The notes: generated by a model from the letters alone, not told the origin. A DNA stretch of 32,000 bases from Erysipelotrichaceae bacterium (GCA_028698185.1 JAQVDW010000013.1:1-32000); one strand, 5' to 3'; positions 25,639 through 32,000 are shown, numbered from the stretch's first letter. Made by a program: numbers and translations.

Positions 25639-26145
25639 TTAAGATTTATCAGCGAACATCTCTTTGACAATCTGTTTGAACCGGTTATTGAAATTGTCGG
25701 AATTATCCGCTTGGGTCGCTTCCATCCTTGCGACGATTTTGTCATAGTCGGCGATAATCTCACGAAGCGAATCGATCTCACTGACGACGATGATATTGTG
25801 GCGCCGGTTTTCCAGCTCGGTGCAGAATTCAAGCTGATGATCGTTTACATGTTCATGATACCCCTTTTGACGCGGCACAACAATCGGAATTTTTCCGATT
25901 CTTAAAGGCATGACAAAACTTGACGGCCCCCCATGGGTAATGACGATTCTGGCGGCATTTACCTTTTCCACCATCTCATCATAGGGGAACAGTTTTTGGA
26001 AACTGCAATACTTCGGCTCATAGGTGCAATAACCTGTCTGGATCACGACATCTTCCTTTATGTGATTGTCTCTTTTTAGCTCATCGATAAACTGGACAAG
26101 CCTGTTGAACTGCTGTTCATGGGTTCCAACCGTAACAAAAATCAT
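25639..26145 (-). CDS. Alg13-like glycosyltransferase catalytic subunit (PssE/Cps14G/EpsF-type, Glyco_tran_28_C)
   Basis: 168 aa. MIFVTVGTHEQQFNRLV...ITHGGPSSF is the hallmark of the Alg13/Cps14G family. Confidence 0.8.
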   Translation of the reverse strand: MIFVTVGTHEQQFNRLVQFIDELKRDNHIKEDVVIQTGYCTYEPKYCSFQKLFPYDEMVEKVNAARIVITHGGPSSFVMPLRIGKIPIVVPRQKGYHEHVNDHQLEFCTELENRRHNIIVVSEIDSLREIIADYDKIVARMEATQADNSDNFNNRFKQIVKEMFADKS

Positions 26146-26165
26146 ATATATACCTCATCCACTTC

Positions 26166-26615
26166 CTAGAATATGCTGCCTAGATTGATTGCCTTTGGAT
26201 AGACCTTCAACATCTCTTCCCATTCGACAATGAACCGGTCGGTAATTGGATAGACCATCTTGCCCGTCATTGTCGGCTTGTTGATCCGATCGAATATCTC
26301 GATATAGATAAGCTTCGCCTTGAACAGTTTGCCCAGATAGAAAAATGGTACCGCCACTGCCGCGCCTGAAGAGATGATAAGGTCGGGTTTTTCCTTTTTC
26401 AACACTTTGTAAGCAAGTATCGTGTTGATGACCAAGGCCTTCAAACTGCGGTTGGTCGGGTAATAGCACTTGTACATCTTCTCGTCTTTTAAAAGGCTGC
26501 GGGAATCCGCCTTGTCGAAAGTGACCCAGAAGCGATCCTCTTCCTCCCAAAAGGGCTTTAGCATCTGCAAATGCATCAGATGCCCGCCCGATGAACCAAC
26601 CAAACAAACTTTCAT
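26166..26615 (-). CDS. Alg14-like glycosyltransferase accessory/membrane-association subunit (PssD/Cps14F/EpsE-type)
   Basis: 149 aa. MKVCLVGSSGGHLMHL...ISSGAAVAVPFFYLGKL matches the Alg14/Cps14F family. It is adjacent to the Alg13-like partner (20-nt gap). Confidence 0.8.
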   Translation of the reverse strand: MKVCLVGSSGGHLMHLQMLKPFWEEEDRFWVTFDKADSRSLLKDEKMYKCYYPTNRSLKALVINTILAYKVLKKEKPDLIISSGAAVAVPFFYLGKLFKAKLIYIEIFDRINKPTMTGKMVYPITDRFIVEWEEMLKVYPKAINLGSIF

Positions 26616-26658
26616 ATATATACTCCCTCAATCCTCTAAATTTATTCTCCATATTTGG

Positions 26659-26696
26659 ACAAAACAAACAGCGGCAAGTTATTATCCAACCGCTGT
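26659..26696 (-). terminator. Terminator/attenuator-like hairpin between the priming transferase and the Alg14-like gene
   Basis: 7-bp stem acagcgg/ccgctgt (26668-26674/26690-26696). On the minus strand it is followed by TTgTTTTg. It sits inside a 175-nt intergenic gap in an otherwise tightly packed array. Confidence 0.35.
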
Positions 26697-26790
26697 ACAA
26701 TACATTAATATCTCAGTCTTCAAATTATTTTATTGGCCAATAACATTTTAAAGTGCCAAGGATATCGCTGATTTTCCAAAAAAGCTGGAA

Positions 26791-28239
26791 TCACATCGAT
26801 CCGTCCCTTTTCAAGACAACCACGATCGTCTTTAGCAGGATCTTGATATCCAGCCCGATTGACCAGTTGGTGATGTACTGCTTGTCGAGTTTCACCACTT
26901 CCTCGAAGTCGGTGATGTTTGACCGGCCGCTCACCTGCCACATTCCAGTAAGTCCCGGCTTGGTCGCCAGGCGGGCCCGATGATGAAGATCGTATTTTTC
27001 CCATTCGTCGATGGTCGGCGGCCGGGTTCCAATCAGGCTCATTTCGCCTTTTAGGATGTTGTAGAACTGCGGAAACTCATCGAGACTAAGATCCCGGATG
27101 TAATTGCCAAGCCCCTTTTTTGTCTTGCCATTGATCTGGCGCGCGCCGATGATCCGGGGATCAAAATCGAGCTTGAACATCAGACCATCCTTGACCCGGT
27201 TTTGTTCCATCAGTTCCTGTTTACGCGCTTCGGCATCAAGATACATCGAGCGGAACTTGTAGATCTTGAACTTCTTGCCATTTTTGCCTACCCGTTCCTG
27301 GGCGAAAAAAACCGTTCCAGGCGACTGGAAGTGAATCAGCGGTGCCAGTATGAGATATAAAAAGGCGGTGATTGTGCAACCAACCAGCCCGGCGGCAATG
27401 TCAATCATCCTTTTAAGAGCCAGCTCGGTCGCCTTGACCGAGCTCATGCTCGTGGTAAGCACCGTATAGTTCCCAAGTTCCTCGATAAACTGTTTGGTCC
27501 CCTCAATCGCTGTAGACTGACCCAGTTCAAGATGGACAGTGACACCCATGACGACAAAGTCATTAATCAGCTTATGGGGCAAAGCCATATTGCCCGGCAA
27601 GGAGATCAAAACTTCATCGACCCACTTGCGACAGACAAATTCTGTCACGCTGTCCTTGTTCGCAACAACTTTGACACCTTCGATCTCTTTTCCCGTCATA
27701 TCACTGTCGACTATCACCAGCCCGGCAAGCTGGTATTTCTTGTTGTATGTCTTAGCGATGTTGGCGATCGCATCTTTGGCAAGCGCCGATGTAGTAACTA
27801 CCAATAACGAACGGCTCCTTACACTCACACCACTGCTTTTCAAATAATGTTTCCAGACAATGCGACAGATGTAGGTGCTAAAAATATATAACAGGGCCAT
27901 CAACCCGACCATAAAGCGTGAATATGTCAGCCCATCCTGGATAGCAAACAGATAGAAGGTCGTAAATACGATAACTATCGTCACATGCTTGATGGAAGCT
28001 AGAAATTCCTTATAATAACCCCGCTTGAGCACATTCTTGAAACCGTTGAAAAAAATCAAGGAGACAAAGGCAGTCAAGGTGATTACAATGATCAGATTGC
28101 GGTAAATGTAGTCAAGATAAGGATTAAACATTCCAAAACGAATGATGTAGGCCAATAAAAATGACAGATGCAGACATAAGATATCCACTATCATAAAGTC
28201 AAGGTGCTTCAACCAGCCCTTGGCGCAACGGTGATACAT
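26791..28239 (-). CDS. Polyprenyl-phosphate sugar-phosphate transferase (WbaP/CpsE/EpsL-type priming glycosyltransferase)
   Basis: 482 aa with N-terminal TM helices and a central Rossmann-like segment. The C-terminal bacterial sugar transferase domain contains KRMIDIAAGLVG...FFAQERVGKNGKKFKIYKFRSM...DEFPQFYNILKGEMSLIGTRPP. AAGAGGGG RBS. Confidence 0.9.
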   Translation of the reverse strand: MYHRCAKGWLKHLDFMIVDILCLHLSFLLAYIIRFGMFNPYLDYIYRNLIIVITLTAFVSLIFFNGFKNVLKRGYYKEFLASIKHVTIVIVFTTFYLFAIQDGLTYSRFMVGLMALLYIFSTYICRIVWKHYLKSSGVSVRSRSLLVVTTSALAKDAIANIAKTYNKKYQLAGLVIVDSDMTGKEIEGVKVVANKDSVTEFVCRKWVDEVLISLPGNMALPHKLINDFVVMGVTVHLELGQSTAIEGTKQFIEELGNYTVLTTSMSSVKATELALKRMIDIAAGLVGCTITAFLYLILAPLIHFQSPGTVFFAQERVGKNGKKFKIYKFRSMYLDAEARKQELMEQNRVKDGLMFKLDFDPRIIGARQINGKTKKGLGNYIRDLSLDEFPQFYNILKGEMSLIGTRPPTIDEWEKYDLHHRARLATKPGLTGMWQVSGRSNITDFEEVVKLDKQYITNWSIGLDIKILLKTIVVVLKRDGSM

Positions 28240-28254
28240 AAATACCCCTCTTTC

Positions 28255-28428
28255 TCACACAAATTGAAAGTTCTTTTCAGCCGGCCCATTTAAAAAGGAT
28301 ACCGTAAGAAGTTGACAAAAAAACAAGTAATTTTGCCGAATTTCCAAAGCATCCCGATAAGCAGTATCAATTTGTCCCAATTTCTTCCATGTCTCTTCCC
28401 TCAAAACAAGCATGGTTACTCTTGCCAT
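28255..28428 (-). CDS. Hypothetical small ORF (57 aa) immediately upstream of the priming transferase
   Basis: An internal ATG at 28428 has GAAGG 8 nt upstream. Its stop (28255-28257) lies 15 nt before the priming-transferase ATG, next to that gene's RBS. I recognise no family. The longer 79-aa version has no RBS. Confidence 0.2.
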   Translation of the reverse strand: MARVTMLVLREETWKKLGQIDTAYRDALEIRQNYLFFCQLLTVSFLNGPAEKNFQFV

Positions 28429-28592
28429 GTTGTCGCCTTCAATGTAAAATTCACAGATAATTGTGATTCCCTCATTTTGTCCCCCCGGCATCAATGAAGA
28501 AAAAGAAAATCACCTGACAATATCGCAAACAAATTGTATCAAATAGAAATTTTGTTTTTAACTAAACTCATATGTAACTTAATCACAAAAAA

Positions 28593-28621
28593 ATCGTAAC
28601 ATTTAATCCATTCAAAGTCAA
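28593..28621 (-). promoter_or_regulatory. Candidate promoter for the main polysaccharide operon
   Basis: Read on the minus strand: TTGACT (28621..28616), 17-nt spacer, TACGAT (28598..28593). This would give a leader of about 350 nt to the priming-transferase ATG. Confidence 0.3.
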
Positions 28622-28784
28622 TACCATTTGGTGTATTGCCAGCGATGACCCCGGCTAATTCATTGCCAACAATTCCCAATCACTTTGCCAACAGCCAAGC
28701 GCCAAGGTGACATAATCATTGATTGTGAAGCATACCAAAAAGTCCGTTTCGACGACTCCTCGCAACTGGATTATCACAGGACAT

Positions 28785-28815
28785 CCTGATTTATCGTGAA
28801 TTAATCAGGTTTTTT
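28785..28815 (+). terminator. Orphan plus-strand intrinsic terminator with no annotated plus-strand gene upstream
   Basis: Stem cctgatt/aatcagg (28785-28791/28803-28809) with an 11-nt loop, followed by T6 (28810-28815). There is no matching A-run on the left, so it is unidirectional. Confidence 0.5.
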
Positions 28816-29648
28816 CAAACCACCAAACCAGGATAATACAAAGCCCCAATCTCCATGACAAAAGATACCCGGCCTAAAGTGTTTGTTTTTACCGGCTTTT
28901 CAAGAGGGGTTTTGGTTAGATGAATGTGGCTGATGTTTTGTCTGTAATAAAACCGCCACCTTGTGCATCTTTGAAAAAAAAACAAAAAGTAGTAATCCCG
29001 CAGGCAAATATCGGGAAATTTCGATTTATTGCAATTATCATAGCTGGCAATTGTTTCAAGAAAGCTTTTTAATCCCCGTTGGAAAACCCGACTCTAAAAA
29101 AATTCCCCCAACCCGTAAACCAAGTTCATAAATCCCTTTTATCATTTCTAAACTGATATGAGCTGTTTGCCAAGGGAACTTCCTCAAATTTGGACGCTGG
29201 AATGTCCGACAATTTGGCCAGAACTGTCAAATAGGCCCCGTGATTTAAGAGCACGAAACAGATGAATAATATATCACATGGGTATAACAGGGAAAATCAT
29301 TTTTCATAATATAAAAATTACGAAACATTGTGCGTTTTTAGTTTAATTTACATTTATTTGGAGTATAATGTACATGAAGGATAGATGTGTAATTTTGCCA
29401 TATGAAAGGGGTCATAGTAAATTAATAGATATATGGCACACAATCAAAATATTAACTGCGGAAGTTTTTGATCTTCCGGTGTCAAATCACACTTGACAAA
29501 AAATGGATCGGCACCCACCTTTAGGAGGCTGACCGATAAATAGCCCTGATAATTATGCGGGCATTTCCACTGTCATGAGCTGTCAGCAAATTGATTCAAA
29601 TTTCCAACATATAATTGCGTTATTGCTTACCTTAAAGAGGTGATAATA

Positions 29649-31376
29649 ATGAAAAAAGGAAAAATTACAAAGGTAATACTAACGTCTCTCATCACCGTTT
29701 TCATGCTCATGACTTCCACCTTAAGACAAGTTGATGCTGCGGCCAGCCAGATAATCACCAGTTACTCAACAACTGAAAAGGTAGCCGCCATTACATTTGA
29801 TGATTTCGCCGGCAATGAAGCCCAGGCAATGTTGACAGTATTGAACACCTATGGTGTCCGTGCTTCATTCTTCTTATTGGGCTCATCAATCGAAGCCCAT
29901 CCCGATTTGGTCCAACAGCTCGTAGCTGCAGGTAACTTCATTGGAAATCATTCCTATGACCACCCTTATCTCTCGGATTTGAGTGCCACAGAAATTCTGG
30001 AGCAACTTCAGGAAACCGAGAGTATAATCCAAAGCGTCACTGGAAAATCTTCGATGCCCTACTTCCGGCCGCCTTATGGCGACTACGATGATTCCGTATT
30101 GCAAGTGGCTGGCGATGCCGGTTTTACTAAAACGGTTCTATGGACAGTAGATTCGATGGACTATGATGGCATATCCAAGGAAGAGATAATTTCCAATGTT
30201 GTCGACAATGTAGTCCCAGGTTCAATCATCCTGATGCATACGGGCGGAAGTGCGACAAATACACAATTCGCTTTGGAGACAATTATTACCACGTTACAAT
30301 CACAAGGGTATTCATTTGCGACAATACCCGAACTATTCGGCGAAACAGTTGCCGTACCCCCACCTGATCCCGTTGTCGATCCCGATCCCGATCCCGTAAT
30401 CGATCCTGATCCCGATCCCGTTGTCGATCCCGATCCCGTTGCCCCAACTGTCGCTCCAACGCTGAGCTATAGTGCCCACATCCAATCGATTGGTTGGCAG
30501 TCTTATGTGTCCGAAGGCACTTTAGCTGGAACAACCGGACTGGCAAAACGGATTGAAGCACTCAAAGCTAACATCGATCCTGGCAGCTACAGCGGAACAA
30601 TCGAATACCGTTCCCATGTCCAGACTTATGGCTGGCAAGACTGGGTAGTAGATGATCAGATAACCGGAACAACCGGGCTGGCAAAACGGCTTGAAGCCAT
30701 CCAGTTCCGCCTGACCGGTGAACTGGCTGTGAATTTCGACGTCGTCTATCGGGCCTATGTCGAGAATCTTGGTTGGCTTGACTGGGCGAAAAATGGCGAA
30801 AGTGCCGGAAGCGCTAGTTATGGCTACCGGATGGAAGCTATTGAAGTGAGAATTGTGCCAAAGGGTGCTTATTCAACCGGCCCAAAATCATATGTCACCC
30901 GTAATCTCCAATATGCAGCACATGTCCAGACTTATGGCTGGCAATCATACCGTTACGATTCCGGCGTATCCGGAACTATCGGTGAAGGAAAACGGCTGGA
31001 AGCAATAACACTGTCACTGATCAACCTGAGCGGCCTTCCCGATGTCAACGCATCAAACAGTGGCATCAGCTATCGGACCCATATCCAAACAGTTGGCTGG
31101 GAAGCAGCTTGGAAAATCAACGGTCAGATTTCCGGGACAACCGGTTTAGGTCTTCGTCTCGAAGCGATCCAGATCGCCCTCACCGGTGACATCGCCAACC
31201 AATACGATGTTATCTATCGGGTCCATGTCCAGCATTTCGGCTGGCTTGACTGGGCGAAAAACGGCGAAAGTGCCGGAAGTGAAGGTTATGGCTACCGGAT
31301 GGAAGCTATCGAAATCCGGCTTATCCCAAGAGGTTCACTGGCAACTGACCCGACCGGTGCCTTCAAATCAATTTAA
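29649..31376 (+). CDS. Secreted polysaccharide deacetylase (CE4/NodB domain) - Asp-Pro linker - 6x ChW (clostridial hydrophobic W) repeat protein
   Basis: Signal peptide MKKGKITKVILTSLITVFMLMTSTLRQVDA|AAS. NodB motifs: TFDDF, HSYDH, RPPYG, ILMH. Linker PPPDPVVDPDPDPVIDPDPDPVVDPDPVAP. Six repeats of about 38 aa of the form Y-x-x-H-[VI]-Q-x-x-G-W-...-G-[TS]-x-G-...-R-[LIM]-E-A-I. AAGAGG RBS before ATG 29649. Confidence 0.85.
   Translation: MKKGKITKVILTSLITVFMLMTSTLRQVDAAASQIITSYSTTEKVAAITFDDFAGNEAQAMLTVLNTYGVRASFFLLGSSIEAHPDLVQQLVAAGNFIGNHSYDHPYLSDLSATEILEQLQETESIIQSVTGKSSMPYFRPPYGDYDDSVLQVAGDAGFTKTVLWTVDSMDYDGISKEEIISNVVDNVVPGSIILMHTGGSATNTQFALETIITTLQSQGYSFATIPELFGETVAVPPPDPVVDPDPDPVIDPDPDPVVDPDPVAPTVAPTLSYSAHIQSIGWQSYVSEGTLAGTTGLAKRIEALKANIDPGSYSGTIEYRSHVQTYGWQDWVVDDQITGTTGLAKRLEAIQFRLTGELAVNFDVVYRAYVENLGWLDWAKNGESAGSASYGYRMEAIEVRIVPKGAYSTGPKSYVTRNLQYAAHVQTYGWQSYRYDSGVSGTIGEGKRLEAITLSLINLSGLPDVNASNSGISYRTHIQTVGWEAAWKINGQISGTTGLGLRLEAIQIALTGDIANQYDVIYRVHVQHFGWLDWAKNGESAGSEGYGYRMEAIEIRLIPRGSLATDPTGAFKSI
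30366..30443 (+). repeat. In-frame tandem nucleotide repeat encoding the (DP)n-V-[VI] linker
   Basis: The unit gatcccgatcccgatcccgt(t/a)(g/a)tc (24 nt, DPDPDPV[VI]) is present twice, plus shorter flanking copies (DPVV, DPDPVA). Confidence 0.8.
30465..31325 (+). repeat. Six ChW repeats arranged as two triplets (R1-R3, R4-R6)
   Basis: R3 (30741-30854) and R6 (31209-31325) share long near-identical nucleotide runs (ggcttgactgggcgaaaaa[t/c]ggcgaaagtgccggaag ... ttatggctaccggatggaagctat). This suggests duplication of a three-repeat block. Confidence 0.75.
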
Positions 31377-31394
31377 GATCCTTCAACAATCCCT

Positions 31395-31427
31395 GGGCGG
31401 ACTCTTTCACGAGTCCGCCCCTTTTGT
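31395..31427 (+). terminator. Strong intrinsic terminator after the CE4-ChW gene
   Basis: 10-bp stem gggcggactc/gagtccgccc with loop tttcac, followed by cTTTTgtg. Confidence 0.75.
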
Positions 31428-31458
31428 GAGCTTTTCTATTGGCCGATTAATGACAGGA

Positions 31459-31608
31459 TCAGGATAGTCTAACAGCACGTATCCAAACCCCAATCGCAAG
31501 GTACTTAAATTCCAAAGAATAGGTTATCCCCTTGCTGCTGACAGACTCAACATATTCATTATTTTTGAGTTGGTTGATTTGCGCTTTGGTGAAAGTGAAC
31601 TTGCTCAT
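31459..31608 (-). pseudogene. 49-codon ORF resembling the N-terminus of transposase-associated HTH proteins (probable mobile-element relic)
   Basis: GGAGG RBS followed by ATG 31608. Translates MSKFTFTKAQINQLKNNEYVESVSSKGITYSLEFKYLAIGVWIRAVRLS*. The pattern F-T-x-x-Q-I-x-x-L-x-x-N-x-Y-V-x-S-V-S-x-K-x-I-T-Y-x-x-E-F-K matches, from memory, the start of IS-associated HTH ORFs in Firmicutes. It ends prematurely and is below the ORF-track length cutoff. Confidence 0.35.
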
Positions 31609-31919
31609 TGTTAATTCCTCCAGATGATATTATTGTATAGTAAAAGACCCATGAATCCAAACACGTTTTTTATTACGTTCCGAATACATGGGTCCATTTT
31701 AAAAAGAATGATTGAAAGTCATTTTTTTAAGCCATTGCGACATATTAGGAGTATAATTAATGCATAGGATAACATAATGATTTTTGCTACAGGAAAGGGG
31801 AAAATGAAAAAATAAGTGGCGCACCTGATGGCACCCATGATTCGACAGGTGACAATAATCCAATTTCTTTAAGCGGTCTCATAAATTGCGTTATTTCTTA
31901 CCTTAAAGAGGTGATAATA

Positions 31920-32000
31920 ATGAAAACAAGAAATACAATAAAGGTAATATTAACGTCCTTAATCACAATTTTCATGCTCATAACTTCAATCATGGGGCAA
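31920..32000 (+). CDS. Start of a second secreted protein paralogous to the CE4-ChW gene at its N-terminus (partial, runs off the right edge)
   Basis: MKTRNTIKVILTSLITIFMLITSIMGQ compares with MKKGKITKVILTSLITVFMLMTST in the first gene. The 40 nt upstream (attgcgttatt[t/g]cttaccttaaagaggtgataataATG) are nearly identical to 29613-29651. Confidence 0.7.
   Translation, partial: MKTRNTIKVILTSLITIFMLITSIMGQ

Noticed and set aside
29400-29600. A known riboswitch class (c-di-GMP-I/II, c-di-AMP ydaO, preQ1, guanidine) in the ChW-gene leader.
   Set aside because: None of the conserved cores I can recall (for example ACGCAAAGC/GGGCAAACC for GEMM-I) is present. Only leader-to-leader similarity between the two paralogues was seen, and that is reported as such.
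30366-30443. Short regular repeats that could be mistaken for a CRISPR-like or minisatellite array.
   Set aside because: The repeats are directly tandem with no spacers, in frame, and lie inside a well-supported CDS where they encode the DP linker.

Overview
The window looks like a chromosomal segment from a Gram-positive, Bacillota-type organism. Supporting signals are GGAGG-type RBSs, many hairpin+T-run terminators, and LCP and ChW-repeat proteins. By eye, coding regions are about 45-50% GC. I saw no rRNA, tRNA or CRISPR array. Layout: (a) 1-10.9 kb holds miscellaneous genes. At the left edge an IS-like ORF abuts a 73-codon stump of an HTH regulator. Next comes a translationally coupled metallophosphoesterase/AAA-ATPase pair of SbcD/SbcC (YhaO/YhaN) type; its ATPase has a two-helix membrane hairpin in the middle of the coiled coil. 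These are followed by a 4HBT thioesterase, a SulP-STAS anion permease, a NYN + 2x OST-HTH(LOTUS) protein, a YczE-like membrane protein, about 0.6 kb of apparently decayed sequence, a DUF2892 mini-membrane protein and a ketopantoate-reductase-family gene. (b) 10.9-28.3 kb is a large cell-envelope polysaccharide locus, almost entirely on the minus strand and of Wzx/Wzy type. It encodes a polyprenyl-phosphate sugar-phosphate (priming) transferase, a split Alg14/Alg13-like glycosyltransferase, three GT2 genes, one GT4 gene, an FdtA/QdtA-like 3,4-ketoisomerase plus a DegT-family aminotransferase plus a GNAT, a flippase, a polymerase, one plus-strand acyltransferase-3 gene, and two recently duplicated LCP (LytR-CpsA-Psr) paralogues. 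The two LCP genes sit as direct repeats around a 5.2-kb sub-module. The locus is punctuated by several intrinsic-terminator-like hairpins. (c) 28.3-32 kb begins with a 1.15-kb AT-rich stretch that has no ORF of 60 aa or more. It contains an orphan plus-strand promoter/terminator pair (sRNA candidate) and frame-hopping relic ORFs. It is followed by a secreted CE4 deacetylase - (Asp-Pro)n linker - 6x ChW-repeat protein, a 49-codon transposase-like HTH relic, and the start of a second paralogous secreted protein with a nearly identical leader. All functional calls come from motif or family recognition by eye. No database search or computation was run.
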